Shown piece by piece: positions 19,184-30,020 of a stretch of DNA of 64,000 nucleotides. This DNA is from a bacterium. GTDB taxonomy: Bacteria; Calescibacteriota; Calescibacteriia; Calescibacteriales; Calescibacteriaceae. The position numbers were made by a program, and so were the translations under genes. Each line of letters opens with the position of its first letter. Position 1 is the stretch's first letter. The notes beneath the pieces were generated by a model. That model was not told the origin of the DNA. It worked only from the letters and a program-made list of their open reading frames with translations, and made no database searches. The DNA lies in assembly GCA_030550715.1 (NCBI GenBank), contig JAUQOU010000001.1, positions 54,456 through 118,455 on the forward strand, in the 5' to 3' direction.

Positions 19184-20050
19184 TCACTCAAGCGAAATTT
19201 TAATGTTCTGTTTTTTCCCTTCTCTTAATATTTCAAACTCAACTGATTTTGCTTTTGATATTTCTTCTTGAAGTATTTCTATCCCATTTTCGTTCTGAGT
19301 GCTTTTGCCGTTTACAGATACTATTATGTCTCCCCTTTTTAATTTTCCGTCTGATGGAGAACCTTTCCTAACATCAGATATTACTATTCCTTTTGATTTG
19401 AAAAACTCTTCAAGTTCGGGAGTTATAAGCTGGACTGAAAGTCCCGCCTTACTCCATATATCTTTTTCTGCTTCTGATCCAGGAACCTTTATTGATGCCT
19501 CAAGTATTTCTTTACTTATGAATATTTTTGACCCAACTCTCAGCGCAAGAGCTATAGCATCAGAAGGTCTTGAATCTATATATATAGATTTGTTTCCCTG
19601 TTTCAGTTTTATGAACGCGTAATATGTGTTATTTTTTATTTTGGTTATTTTGATTTTCTCTATTTTTCCTCCCAATTTTTCAATGACAGATTTTGTCAGG
19701 TCGTGAGTGAGTGGTCTTGGGGGCTTTTCACCTCTTAATGCTATGTCAATTGACATCGCCTCAGCAAAACCTATCCATATAGGAACAAACCTGTTCCTGT
19801 TCTGAGTTGAAAGTATAACAACCGGCGTTCTTGAAAATCTATCTAAAATTAAACCCTCTATCTTCGCCTCATATTCTTCTCCTCCTTCTTCCTTTTCTAT
19901 GTCTCTCTCGTCCTGTTTTTCATCGCTTGTCTTTTCTGCCGATACGTATGAAAACTTTTCCGCACTTATACATGGACTCCTTATTATTGCCGAGATTGAA
20001 AATGTATAGAAAACTAATGCTACTGTGAGCTTAAATCTTGGTTTTTTCAT
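19184..20050 (-). CDS. Secreted bifunctional-nuclease (BFN, PF02577-like) domain protein with C-terminal PDZ domain
   Basis: Signal peptide present. VPIWIGFAEAMSIDIALRG..PPRPLTHDL...DSRPSDAIALALR matches the BFN DNase/RNase family. The C-terminal GDIIVSVNGKS segment is PDZ-like. Confidence 0.65.
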   Translation of the reverse strand: MKKPRFKLTVALVFYTFSISAIIRSPCISAEKFSYVSAEKTSDEKQDERDIEKEEGGEEYEAKIEGLILDRFSRTPVVILSTQNRNRFVPIWIGFAEAMSIDIALRGEKPPRPLTHDLTKSVIEKLGGKIEKIKITKIKNNTYYAFIKLKQGNKSIYIDSRPSDAIALALRVGSKIFISKEILEASIKVPGSEAEKDIWSKAGLSVQLITPELEEFFKSKGIVISDVRKGSPSDGKLKRGDIIVSVNGKSTQNENGIEILQEEISKAKSVEFEILREGKKQNIKISLE

Positions 20051-20091
20051 ATCCTAAAAATTTAATACGTATGAAGAACTTTTGTTGTTTT

Positions 20092-20385
20092 TTAACGTTG
20101 TAAGATTTTTCCGAGAAAGTTCTCTAAATCTTTTGCAAGTTCAATATCTTTTTTAGTTATTCCGTTTTCAGAATGAGTCATCAGTTTTATCTTTATTTTT
20201 TTGTATCCAAATTCAACATCTGGATGATGGAAATGTGCTTCCGATATTCCTGCAATAAGATTTACAACAATCATTGTTTCTTTGAAGTTCTTCGTTTCTA
20301 TATCTCTTACTATGTACTTCCCATCATAATACCAGTTCTTTATTTGTGATAACTCTTTTTCTATCTCTTCTTTTGTCATCGCCAT
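20092..20385 (-). CDS. Pterin-4a-carbinolamine dehydratase (PCD/DCoH family)
   Basis: 97 aa. EAHFHHPDVEFGY corresponds to the PCD [EDKH]-x(3)-H-[HN]-P motif. Confidence 0.7.
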   Translation of the reverse strand: MAMTKEEIEKELSQIKNWYYDGKYIVRDIETKNFKETMIVVNLIAGISEAHFHHPDVEFGYKKIKIKLMTHSENGITKKDIELAKDLENFLGKILQR

Positions 20386-20508
20386 AGCAAATTTAATATA
20401 TTAAAGCTCTCTTGAAATTTTTGAATTTCGTTTTTGTTTATTTTGCTTTTGCGAGCTAAATTCCTGTGGTTCTCAACAATATCTTCTGACAGATTACTTT
20501 ATCAGGTT

Positions 20509-21681
20509 ATGAAGAAGGTGGTTTTAGCTTATTCTGGTGGGCTTGACACTTCCGCGGTTTTGGTCTATCTCAGGAAAAAAAATTACAGAGTTATAGCTTT
20601 TTGTGCAGATATAGGTCAGAGCGAGAACTTTGAAGAAGTCAAAAAAAGAGCCCTTGAATTAGGAGCAGAAAAAGTTATAGTTGAAGACCTCAAAAACATT
20701 TTCGCAAGGGATTATATCTTTCCGATGCTCAGAGCAAATGCTGAATATGAAGGATACCTTCTTGGAACTGCAATAGCAAGACCACTGATAGCAAAGAGGC
20801 AAGTTGAAATAGCTCTTGAAGAAAAAGCCGATGCGTTAGCTCACGGAGCAACAGGAAAAGGAAACGACCAGATAAGGTTTGAACTTACATATATGAAGTT
20901 TGCCCCTCATCTTGAAATCATAGCTCCTTGGAGAGAGTGGAACTTTAAATCAAGAAAAGACCTCGTCGAATTCCTGAAAAAAGAGGGCTTTGAGATAAGC
21001 TATGAAGAAAAGCAGTATAGCGTAGATGAAAACCTCATGCACACAAGCTTTGAGGGAGGAATAATAGAAGATATTGAAAAGCCATATCCAGACCATATCT
21101 TCAAAAAGGTTGTCCCTCCCGAAAAGGCAAAAGATGACGGAGATATTGTTGAGATACAATTTGATAAAGGAGACCCGATATATCTTAACGGTGAAAAATA
21201 TGAACCACATGAGCTGATAGCCCGTCTTAACGACATCGCAGGAAAAAACGGAATAGGAATAAGAGATATTGTGGAAACACGAGCAAATGGTCTAAAATCA
21301 AGAGGAATTTATGAGACGCCCGGAGTGGAAACAATAATTTTTGCAAGAAAATCTCTCTCCGCAATCTGCCTTGACTACAATGTGAGAAAAATAGCTCAGA
21401 TTTTATCTCCTTTATACTCTGAACTTGTGTACAAAGGACTCTGGTTCTCACCAGAAAGAGAAATCCTCCAGGTTTTCTTTGACAAAATCTCTGAAAGAAT
21501 TACCGGAAAAGTAGTTCTCAAACTATACAAAGGAAATTTCAAAATTCTTTCAAGAAGTTCTCCTTACTCTCTCTATAAAAAAGAGACGGTGAGCTTTGAG
21601 ACATCCGGAGAACTTGTAAGATGGGCAGAAGGTTTTATAAGAACGATGGGACTTCGCTTTCTGGTGAATCCAGAAATTTAA
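20509..21681 (+). CDS. argG: Argininosuccinate synthase
   Basis: The PP-loop VVLAYSGGLDTS is present and AHGATGKGNDQIRFE is typical of ArgG. I moved the start to the ATG at 20509 from the ORF-track start at 20434. Confidence 0.9.
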   Translation: MKKVVLAYSGGLDTSAVLVYLRKKNYRVIAFCADIGQSENFEEVKKRALELGAEKVIVEDLKNIFARDYIFPMLRANAEYEGYLLGTAIARPLIAKRQVEIALEEKADALAHGATGKGNDQIRFELTYMKFAPHLEIIAPWREWNFKSRKDLVEFLKKEGFEISYEEKQYSVDENLMHTSFEGGIIEDIEKPYPDHIFKKVVPPEKAKDDGDIVEIQFDKGDPIYLNGEKYEPHELIARLNDIAGKNGIGIRDIVETRANGLKSRGIYETPGVETIIFARKSLSAICLDYNVRKIAQILSPLYSELVYKGLWFSPEREILQVFFDKISERITGKVVLKLYKGNFKILSRSSPYSLYKKETVSFETSGELVRWAEGFIRTMGLRFLVNPEI

Positions 21682-21686
21682 GTTTT

Positions 21687-22460
21687 TTACCTTCTTAATC
21701 TTATCAAACCTATGAATTCAAGAAACTTTAAGAGCGATATAAAAATAAGGACTGAACCGAAAACCTTTTTTATAGTTGATGGTTTTAGTTTCGTTGAACT
21801 TATGTATGAGCCAAAAAAAGCTCCAAGTATTACCGGAACAGAAAATTTAGCTATGTTGTAAATATCTGGTTTTATTTTTGAGGATTGTCCTATAAAGCCG
21901 GAGATTGAATTTATTAAAATGAAAACTGCTCCCGCTGCTGATGCTTCTTTTTGACTCATAAACTTCAGCTTCACAAGAAGAGGTATCAAGAATATTCCGC
22001 CACCTATCCCTACTATTCCTGAAAAGAAACCGATTGCAGAAGATAGAAAAAGAGCTATTAGCCATTCCAAAAGACCTTTTTCCTCTACATCATCTTTTTC
22101 TGATTTGTTTCTTTCAAAAAACATGCTCACTCCAACCGATACCAGAGTGATTATGAGAAGAATATTGAATGTTTTTTCTTGAATAGTCAATTTTCCCCCT
22201 AAAAATGCTGCCGGAGAAGAAAAGATGATGAATGGGATTGTCTTTTTGTTGAAGTTCCCTGACTTTATCCATATTATAGATGATGTGAGGGAAGATATTA
22301 TGCTCAAAAATAGGGCTAACGATGGTATAATTTTGTAATCTATTTTCATTATAGATAGGTATGCGAGGAAAGCCGAAGCTCCGCCAAGCCCTGTTGATGA
22401 GTAAAAAAACGATGTGATGAAAAATACAAAAAGCCAGAATATAATTTCAAGATTGTGCAT
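21687..22460 (-). CDS. TSUP/TauE-SafE family membrane transporter
   Basis: Eight-TM protein built from two internal repeats, with Gly-rich helices (GGASAF, GIGGGIFLIPLL). Confidence 0.65.
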   Translation of the reverse strand: MHNLEIIFWLFVFFITSFFYSSTGLGGASAFLAYLSIMKIDYKIIPSLALFLSIISSLTSSIIWIKSGNFNKKTIPFIIFSSPAAFLGGKLTIQEKTFNILLIITLVSVGVSMFFERNKSEKDDVEEKGLLEWLIALFLSSAIGFFSGIVGIGGGIFLIPLLVKLKFMSQKEASAAGAVFILINSISGFIGQSSKIKPDIYNIAKFSVPVILGAFFGSYISSTKLKPSTIKKVFGSVLIFISLLKFLEFIGLIRLRR

Positions 22461-22495
22461 ATACCAACATTTTTTAAAATTTGTATTAAAGCAAC

Positions 22496-24475
22496 ATGGC
22501 TTTTTCTGATAAATCCAAGAAGAAAGAGAAATCCAACAATTTCAGATTAAAACTCTCTCTCTTCGTTTTTTCCGCTCTTATTTTTGGTTATATAGTGAGA
22601 GCTTTTTATTTATCTTTTTACTCAGATAACCTGAAAAATATAGCGGAATCGCAGAAGAAAACCACAATAGTTCTGAAAGGTAAAAGAGGAGAAATCCTTT
22701 CATCTGAAAATGAAATTCTTGCAAAAGACATCCCTTCTTATTCACTATGGATAAATCCGCTTTCAATCTCAAAAGATGAGAGGAAGAAAGAAGCAGTTCT
22801 CATTATTGCAAGTAAGCTTGGAATAAAACCATCAGAGATTGAAAAAAAATTATCAAAAAAAACACACTTTATTTGGCTTAAAAGACAACTTTCAGAACAG
22901 GAATTTATCTCTGTTTCAGAAATAATAAGAAAATACGGACTTTCTGAACAGATTATCGGCTTTATAAAGGAATGGAAAAGATTTTATCCTTACGGAGAAG
23001 TAACCGCTCATATCACGGGATTTACAAATGTTGATTCCGAAGGTTTGAGCGGTCTTGAGCTATACTACGATGACTATCTCAAAGGCGGTAAAGTGAAGAT
23101 AAATGTTCTCAGGGATGCTCTCGGAAGAATAATAATGAAAATGCCCCCAGAAGAACCACCAAAAGGAAACATAATAAAAACAACAATAGATATGGATTTA
23201 CAGCTCATTCTTTACAAGGAGTTGAAAGAAGGGATGGAGAAATTCAAGGCAAAAGGTGCTTTCGCTCTTGCTATGAGAGCAAAAACAGGAGAAATAATAG
23301 CCGCTGTCTCCTTCCCTACATATAACCCAAACATACATCAAGAAATAGCTGAGTCACTCCGAAAATCAATTCTTGCTAACTTTTATCAGACGGTATTTGA
23401 ACCCGGCTCAACTTTCAAAGTATTTACTATCGCCGTTGCCCTTGAAGAAAAAATTGTGTCCCCAGATGATGTCTTCTACTGCTACGAGGGAGAGTGGAAG
23501 TTTCAAACAAAGGTCATAAATGATGTCAAAAAAATAGGATATGCTAATTTGGAGCAGATAATCGCTTACTCCTCAAATATATGTGCAGCTCAAATTGCAC
23601 TGATGATAGGTAAAAGAAGGTTCTGGTCATATATTGATAAGCTTGGCTTTGGGAAAAAAACCGGTATAGACCTTCCGGGAGAAGAAAGAGGGCTTTTCTG
23701 GCATTACTCAAGGTGGTATGATTTAGACCTCGCTTCGCTGGGGTTTGGACATTTCATAGCTACTACACCGATGCAAATTATAGTTGCCTTCTCAGCTTTT
23801 GCAAATAACGGCTATGTGGTAAAACCATATATTGTCAAGCAAATTATCTCCCCTTTTGGCGATGTGATAGCAGAAACAAAAACAGAGATGAAAGATAAGG
23901 TATTCTCTGAAAAAACCGTTCAGCTTATGAAAAAGTTTTTGAGAGCAGTCGTATTGTATGGAACGGGAAAGAGAGCTGAAATACCTTTATATTTATCGGC
24001 TGGAAAAACAGGAACATCAAAGAAAATAGAAAATGGTTTTTACACTCAAAAGTATTTTGCTACTTTTTTAGGATTTGCTCCATACGATGACCCGGAGGTG
24101 ATACTTTATGTTGGCTTTGATGAACCGTCAGGGGGTATGTATTACGGAGGTGAGGTTGCAGCTCCTGTTTTCTCTTCGTCTCTCCAAAAGTATTTTGCAA
24201 AGAAAATGGTCCCACCACCAGCAGAAAGTTCTGATATAGCTGACAATCAAGATAAAATTTATCCATCTTATACTTCTGATTTTTCAGATTCGCTGACTTC
24301 ATCTGGTTCATATCAGGGTTTTTCAAGTTCGCAAGATAGGAACAATTTATCTCTGCACGATGTTTTAGACTCTCTTCAGAAAAAAGGTAAACCAATAGTT
24401 ATCAGAGGATACGGATTTGTTCAAAAAATAGAGGAAAGGGAAGATAAGATAATGGTCTTTTTATCTCCGCAGTGA
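22496..24475 (+). CDS. ftsI: Penicillin-binding protein, class B transpeptidase (FtsI/PBP2-like)
   Basis: N-terminal transmembrane anchor. Active-site STFK (SxxK), SSN and KTGT motifs are present. A Ser-rich C-terminal tail follows. Confidence 0.8.
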   Translation: MAFSDKSKKKEKSNNFRLKLSLFVFSALIFGYIVRAFYLSFYSDNLKNIAESQKKTTIVLKGKRGEILSSENEILAKDIPSYSLWINPLSISKDERKKEAVLIIASKLGIKPSEIEKKLSKKTHFIWLKRQLSEQEFISVSEIIRKYGLSEQIIGFIKEWKRFYPYGEVTAHITGFTNVDSEGLSGLELYYDDYLKGGKVKINVLRDALGRIIMKMPPEEPPKGNIIKTTIDMDLQLILYKELKEGMEKFKAKGAFALAMRAKTGEIIAAVSFPTYNPNIHQEIAESLRKSILANFYQTVFEPGSTFKVFTIAVALEEKIVSPDDVFYCYEGEWKFQTKVINDVKKIGYANLEQIIAYSSNICAAQIALMIGKRRFWSYIDKLGFGKKTGIDLPGEERGLFWHYSRWYDLDLASLGFGHFIATTPMQIIVAFSAFANNGYVVKPYIVKQIISPFGDVIAETKTEMKDKVFSEKTVQLMKKFLRAVVLYGTGKRAEIPLYLSAGKTGTSKKIENGFYTQKYFATFLGFAPYDDPEVILYVGFDEPSGGMYYGGEVAAPVFSSSLQKYFAKKMVPPPAESSDIADNQDKIYPSYTSDFSDSLTSSGSYQGFSSSQDRNNLSLHDVLDSLQKKGKPIVIRGYGFVQKIEEREDKIMVFLSPQ

Positions 24476-24477
24476 AT

Positions 24478-25401
24478 TCAGTCAAAAGCTCCTACTATGT
24501 ATTTTTCTGTCAGTTTGTTTGATGGATTTACGAAAATTTTTTGTGTTCTATCATATTCTATGAGTTCTCCAAAATACATGAACATTGTAAAGTCAGATAT
24601 TCTTGCTGCCTGACGTGGGTTATGTGTTACTATGATGATTGTTATATTTTTTTTCAGTTCTACAAGGAGTTCTTCTATTTTAGCGGTAGATACTGGGTCA
24701 AGAGCAGATGTTGGTTCATCAAGTAAAAGGACATCTGGTTCTGTTGCTATCGCTCTTGCTATGCATAATCTCTGCTGCTGACCACCTGAAAGTTCGTATG
24801 CGTTTTTTTTGAGTTTGTCTTTCACCTCTTCCCACAATGCAGCCATTTTTAACGCTTTTTCTACTTTCTCATCTAACTCTTCTTTGCTTTTTATTCCGTT
24901 TATTCTGAGTCCATATGCTACATTTTCGTATATTGATTTTGGGAAAGGATTTGGTTTTTGAAAAACCATACCAAACCTTCTTCTTATGAGGTTGAGGTTT
25001 TTTTTCTCTGCAAGTATGTTTTTCCCATCGGGATAAATTATTATCTCTCCCTCGTATTTTATGTCTGAGTATAGGTCATGCATTCTGTTGAAGCACCTTA
25101 AAAAAGTTGTTTTCCCGCATCCTGAAGGACCCATAACTGCGGTTATTTTTTTCTCATATATCTTTACTGATATGTTTTTTAAGATTTGGTTTTTTCCGTA
25201 GTAGAAGCTAAGATTTATCACATCAAGTTTCACATTGATTTTATCTTCTTTTTTGCTTATTATCTCATATTCTTCATCTGATTTTTCAGAAACCGAATAT
25301 TCTTTTTTACTTTCTCTGTATTCAACTGTGCCAGAATGAATTGATTTCTGCAACTCTTTATATTCCCATATTTTATCTTCTGTTTTATTGATTATCATCA
25401 T
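24478..25401 (-). CDS. pstB: Phosphate ABC transporter ATP-binding protein with about 55-aa N-terminal extension
   Basis: Walker A is GPSGCGKTT. The ABC signature is [14 protein letters not shown] and Walker B is LLLDEP. The PstB-type C-terminus reads [14 protein letters not shown]. Confidence 0.9.
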   Translation of the reverse strand: MMIINKTEDKIWEYKELQKSIHSGTVEYRESKKEYSVSEKSDEEYEIISKKEDKINVKLDVINLSFYYGKNQILKNISVKIYEKKITAVMGPSGCGKTTFLRCFNRMHDLYSDIKYEGEIIIYPDGKNILAEKKNLNLIRRRFGMVFQKPNPFPKSIYENVAYGLRINGIKSKEELDEKVEKALKMAALWEEVKDKLKKNAYELSGGQQQRLCIARAIATEPDVLLLDEPTSALDPVSTAKIEELLVELKKNITIIIVTHNPRQAARISDFTMFMYFGELIEYDRTQKIFVNPSNKLTEKYIVGAFD

Positions 25402-26186
25402 AAACCACTGTTTAGTGATTTTTCTATGTTTAAGAAAATTCCTTTCAAAATGTTAATATCTTTTTCTGTGAATCCAGATTTTTCTGAAAAAAATTTTTTC
25501 ATTTTCTCATGGATTTTTTCTGAATCCAGATTTTTCTTTGAAGCAAAGACGATGTAGTTTGCTGATTCGGGATTTTTTATAACCTCAGCGTATCCAAAAA
25601 AACTCCGAAGCATTTGTTTTATATATAATGAGTCAACTGAGGAAGTGGTGTTTATTGTAGCTGTTTTTTCTGCCTTTTCATTAAGTAGTTTATATGTCTG
25701 TATTTCAAAAACGCCCGATGGTAAAGTTGCATCTGAAAAGACATCAATTATGATATGAGAGAACTTTTTCCTTGAGAGCGAAAGAAAATTTATAAAATCT
25801 GCTACCACAAGATTATGTTCTGGCATATCAAAGTATCTCATTCCTGCTTTGAAAACTTCAATATCTATATCTACACTGAAAATTTTGATGTTCTGCGGAC
25901 CTAGAAATTTTATTATTCTTGATATGGTTCCACCACCTCCTCCTAATATCAAAAACGAGTCGTTCTCTTCGCTGAAAATCAGGGGTAAAACCGCACAAAT
26001 ATCCCAGTATGAGCCAGTGAGAACTCTTTTATCTTTGAAAAGTAATGAGTGTGTGTTTCCAGAGTTGTCTAAAATAAGCTTTCTTCTCTCTCCGTTTTCA
26101 ATAACTTTTATCTTGTTGTACTTTGTTGTCTTCTGATAAATTACTCTTTCTTTATCAGGAAAAAGTTTTTCAAAAAGAACTTTCAT
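25398..26186 (-). CDS. Spermidine synthase-like (polyamine aminopropyltransferase fold) protein
   Basis: [10 protein letters not shown] and [15 protein letters not shown] resemble the SpeE motifs VLIIGGGDGG and VEIDxxV. The ORF overlaps the pstB stop by 4 nt. Confidence 0.5.
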   Translation of the reverse strand: MKVLFEKLFPDKERVIYQKTTKYNKIKVIENGERRKLILDNSGNTHSLLFKDKRVLTGSYWDICAVLPLIFSEENDSFLILGGGGGTISRIIKFLGPQNIKIFSVDIDIEVFKAGMRYFDMPEHNLVVADFINFLSLSRKKFSHIIIDVFSDATLPSGVFEIQTYKLLNEKAEKTATINTTSSVDSLYIKQMLRSFFGYAEVIKNPESANYIVFASKKNLDSEKIHEKMKKFFSEKSGFTEKDINILKGIFLNIEKSLNSGL

Positions 26187-26255
26187 CTTTGGGTTAATTT
26201 TGCTATGTAAGATGCGAAATAAAATAAAAATATAATTTATTCAGGGAAAAATTTT

Positions 26256-26984
26256 TTATGATACATTTATTTTTTCAAGTTTTATTTCATCTTCGTTTTG
26301 AGATGCTGTTATAATAAGAAATGTTCCTTCTTTTTTTCCCCAGTATCCACTGTTTGCGATTATTTTGTTTCCAACTTTCATCAAAGATGGAATATGGCAA
26401 TGTCCGAAAATAACATAATCGTACTGATTTTTTTCGGCTATATCTATTGCGTTCTTTATCATGTTTGCAAATATCTCCTTTCTCTTGCCTCTTGTTGATG
26501 GAGAGATATTTTTTCTATATGAAAGATTAGATAATATTTCTCCTATTTTGTTTACACTTTTTGTGAAGTACCCATTTGTTATGAATTTGAAAAGCTTTTC
26601 TGTGCTCAGAACTGTTTTTCGGTAGATTCTATGCATTAGCTCTCCTGAATACATATCTCCGTGAGCTAAAAAAATCTTTTTTCTGTTCGGAAGTATTATT
26701 TCTGTTTCTCTCGCTCTCCTTACTCCCATATCATCAAGCCATACAAGGTTAAAATCGTGGTTCCCTTCAACATAAATTATACTATCCTTTTTTCTTTCTA
26801 TGATGTTTACTATTTCTGAAAATTCTGTGGTGTATTCCTCGTTTCTGCCTATCCATATATCAAATATGTCTCCGAGAAGTATTATTTTACCTTCAGCTTT
26901 TTTGAGAAAATCTGCGAGGACTTTCTTTCTCGTATCTTTCGGTTTCAGATGTATATCAGACAAAATATATATTTTCCATTCCAT
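26256..26984 (-). CDS. Calcineurin-like metallophosphoesterase, UDP-2,3-diacylglucosamine hydrolase (LpxH)-like
   Basis: Metallophosphoesterase motifs LSDIHL, GDIFD and GNHD are present. At 242 aa it is LpxH-sized. Confidence 0.55.
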   Translation of the reverse strand: MEWKIYILSDIHLKPKDTRKKVLADFLKKAEGKIILLGDIFDIWIGRNEEYTTEFSEIVNIIERKKDSIIYVEGNHDFNLVWLDDMGVRRARETEIILPNRKKIFLAHGDMYSGELMHRIYRKTVLSTEKLFKFITNGYFTKSVNKIGEILSNLSYRKNISPSTRGKRKEIFANMIKNAIDIAEKNQYDYVIFGHCHIPSLMKVGNKIIANSGYWGKKEGTFLIITASQNEDEIKLEKINVS

Positions 26985-27013
26985 TTTCTAAACTGTTCTT
27001 TTCTTATCTCAAT

Positions 27014-28414
27014 TTATTCTGGCTTTATATTTAACATTTTAGCAAATGAATTTATTATTTTTTCTGATGTTTCTTCGGATTCGGTTTCTGCATATACGCG
27101 AAGAACTGGTTCTGTCCCGGAGGGTCTGACAAGTAGAAATCCTCCGCCTTTGAACCGGATTTTTGTCCCATCTATTTTTTCTATTTTTTCCACTTTGAAT
27201 CCATTTATCTTATCTATCTCCTCTGCGGTTTTTACCGCTTTTTCTTTTATTTCATCGCTCACATGAAAGTCCTTTCTTATGTATCTGTGTTTGCCGAACC
27301 TTTTTTCAATGTCTTTTACAAGTGCTGAAAAATCCTTTCCTTCAATTATGGAGTGGGTGAGAAATACGCAGGCGCAGAACAGGCTATCCCTCTCTTTTAA
27401 GTGATAACTCATCCCTATACCGCCAGATTCTTCTCCTGCTATTATAGCGTTATCTTCTATCATGCCTTTTATAAGGTGTTTGAATCCTACCGGGGTTGTT
27501 ATTACTTCAAGTCCGTAATAGCTTGCGATTTTATCTATGATGTCAGATGCTGTCACGGTCTTATATACCTTTCCCTTTTGTTTTTTGTGTTTCACCATGT
27601 GTTCTGTGAGTATGGCAAAAATTTTGTGAGCATCAATTATTTTGCCCTCTTTTGAACATGCGTATATTCTATCTCCGTCTCCGTCAAATGCAAATCCGTC
27701 GCACTTGAATTTTTTGCAGTAGGTCTGGAGTGGTGTTAGTGTATATGGAGTAGGTTCGGGTTTCCCGAAGGGAGGAAAGAGAGGATTTAATTCACTTCTC
27801 ACTTCAACCGCTTTTTTCCCAAATATTTTTGTCGGAAGCCCAGAGCATGCGCCGTGCATAACATCAAAAATAATCTTGCCCTTTATCTTCTTCAAAAACT
27901 TATCAATCTCAGAATCTGCTCTCACTGACTCTATGTATGGGGTGATTATGTCTTCTCTTTTTACAGTATCTGGAGATTCTTTTTTGAATCTTTGTTTTTC
28001 TTTCTCCCAATCTATATTTTCAATGATTTTTTCTATTATTGAGGTGGTTTCAGGTGAAGCAGGTCCTCCGAACCATTCTCTTACCTTATATCCGTTAAAA
28101 TAGTAGGGGTTGTGCGAAGCGGTAATCGCTACTCCTCCTGATAGTTTTTGTGAGCTTATGAAAAAAGATACCGCAGGGGTAGGGCAGAATCTATCAGATA
28201 AAAATACCTTTATACCTTCTTCTGCGATAACTCTTCCTGCGAACTTCGCAAAATCATCTGATAAGAACCTTGTATCATATCCTATCACAACTTCTGGGTT
28301 TTTGAACTTTTCTTTTATGTATTTTGCGAATGCAAGAGATACTCTCCCGACATTGTCAAATGTGAAGTCCTCCCCTATCTTCGCTCTCCAACCGTCTGTC
28401 CCAAACTTTATCAC
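27014..28414 (-). CDS. Phosphoglucomutase/phosphomannomutase family
   Basis: Active-site phosphoserine loop GVAITASHNP. Mg-binding loop FDGDGDR. Confidence 0.85.
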   Translation of the reverse strand: MIKFGTDGWRAKIGEDFTFDNVGRVSLAFAKYIKEKFKNPEVVIGYDTRFLSDDFAKFAGRVIAEEGIKVFLSDRFCPTPAVSFFISSQKLSGGVAITASHNPYYFNGYKVREWFGGPASPETTSIIEKIIENIDWEKEKQRFKKESPDTVKREDIITPYIESVRADSEIDKFLKKIKGKIIFDVMHGACSGLPTKIFGKKAVEVRSELNPLFPPFGKPEPTPYTLTPLQTYCKKFKCDGFAFDGDGDRIYACSKEGKIIDAHKIFAILTEHMVKHKKQKGKVYKTVTASDIIDKIASYYGLEVITTPVGFKHLIKGMIEDNAIIAGEESGGIGMSYHLKERDSLFCACVFLTHSIIEGKDFSALVKDIEKRFGKHRYIRKDFHVSDEIKEKAVKTAEEIDKINGFKVEKIEKIDGTKIRFKGGGFLLVRPSGTEPVLRVYAETESEETSEKIINSFAKMLNIKPE

Positions 28415-28559
28415 GATTTTAAAAATTGTTTATAAACATTTTATTTTTGGGCTTATTTTCAATTTTTCTTGATTCCTTTAATAAACCTAACATTCTATCA
28501 ATTTTTTATTTTTACAAAAAGTATTCCAAAAATCCTTGATTTTGATAAGGAAGTAGGTA

Positions 28560-29273
28560 TTACATCGTTCTGAATATTATATCCCAGAGAGGTGAGCTTA
28601 CTCCGAATTTTCTATCTGGTCTTGAAAAATGATGTTGGAGGTGATGCTTCCATAAAAACCGCAAAATTTTGTTCTTCGGTGCCTTGAAGTAGTGGACAGA
28701 AAAATGGGTCATATCATATAAGATGTATCCAGTAGCTGTACCGGCATAGATAGCGAAAGCTTTTTCTCCGGTAAGGTTATACATTATAGTCCATACAACT
28801 ATTGCGATAAGAATACTTACTGCGGGGGGCATAACTAATCTTGTTGTATCCCACGGATACATGTGATGAACTCCGTGAATTATAAAATGCAACTTTCTGC
28901 CAAACTGAGTTTTCGGCTGAAAATGAAAGACAAACCTGTGAAGAAAATACTCCATCAGTGTCCATATGAAAAATCCAAAAAAGAATAAAAAGATTATCTC
29001 TTTCGTTTCAAATATTTTCACCGATTTATACAGCATAAAGATTATAATAGGTACATATATTACAAGTGGAGTAGCGGGGTGAACATGGCTTAATTTTTCA
29101 AGAATAGGATTTTCAAACATTTTTGGAATTCCTTTTCTGGGTCTCAACCAATCTGGGAGCTCGTTTGCTCTGCCTTTAAAAACAACCGCTTCGCCCTGCA
29201 TAATCAGAAATTCTATAAAATCACTTTTTATTTTGTAGAAAATCTGAAATTGTTTTGATTGAGATTTTGTCAT
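28560..29273 (-). CDS. Fatty acid hydroxylase / sterol desaturase superfamily membrane protein
   Basis: His-box motifs HRFVFH, HGVHH and HHLQHH sit in a four-TM protein. Confidence 0.6.
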   Translation of the reverse strand: MTKSQSKQFQIFYKIKSDFIEFLIMQGEAVVFKGRANELPDWLRPRKGIPKMFENPILEKLSHVHPATPLVIYVPIIIFMLYKSVKIFETKEIIFLFFFGFFIWTLMEYFLHRFVFHFQPKTQFGRKLHFIIHGVHHMYPWDTTRLVMPPAVSILIAIVVWTIMYNLTGEKAFAIYAGTATGYILYDMTHFSVHYFKAPKNKILRFLWKHHLQHHFSRPDRKFGVSSPLWDIIFRTM

Positions 29274-29938
29274 TCAATTTTTGGGTTTGTGATAAAGATT
29301 TTTTCGTCTTCGTTGTAATCTGCGTCAAGAATAACAACATTTCTCCCGTCTTCCGAAAGTTTTATTTTGCCTTCAAGAAATTTTTTTATAACCCACGGGT
29401 AAATCGCATGCTCTAACTTCTGAACCTTTTCTCTTATCTTTTCTTCCGAATCATATGGTGAGACAAGAACTATTCCCTGAGCTATTATGGGTCCCCCATC
29501 TACTGATTCATCTACAAAATGTACTGTGCATCCTGTTATTCTCACACCGTATTTTTTGGCTTTCTCTATTGCTTTTGTCGTTCCTTGAAAAGCGGGAAGA
29601 ATTGAAGGGTGTATGTTCAAGATTTTAAACTTCCATTTTGAAACGAATTGGGCTGATAGAATTCTCATAAAGCCAGCCAAAACTATTACATCTGGATTTA
29701 TCTTTTTCAAAATCGTATCTGCTTTTTCTTCGGCAGTTTTTTTATCTTCCCAGTTAAGCACTACTGATGGTATTCCGAGTTTTTCTGCTCTTTTTATCGC
29801 CTGTGCAGATGCTCTGTCTGAAATCAAAAGAGCAACTTCTCCATCTATATAATTTTCTTTTGATTTTCTTGCTATCTCTTCAAAGTTTGTTCCACTTCCT
29901 GATGCGAATACGACTATCTTTTTTTTCATCAGAAACAA
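29270..29938 (-). CDS. purN: Phosphoribosylglycinamide formyltransferase
   Basis: The PurN motifs VVFASGSGTNFEEI and ILNIHPSILPAFQG are both present. A C-terminal extension of about 30 aa is present. Confidence 0.85.
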   Translation of the reverse strand: MFLMKKKIVVFASGSGTNFEEIARKSKENYIDGEVALLISDRASAQAIKRAEKLGIPSVVLNWEDKKTAEEKADTILKKINPDVIVLAGFMRILSAQFVSKWKFKILNIHPSILPAFQGTTKAIEKAKKYGVRITGCTVHFVDESVDGGPIIAQGIVLVSPYDSEEKIREKVQKLEHAIYPWVIKKFLEGKIKLSEDGRNVVILDADYNEDEKIFITNPKIE

Positions 29939-30020
29939 AAAATAAAAGAGAAATTTTGTGTGAATATTTTTTTCTATTGTTTTTATTTACTGATTCTTTC
30001 TGCTGTACCTATGATATTTT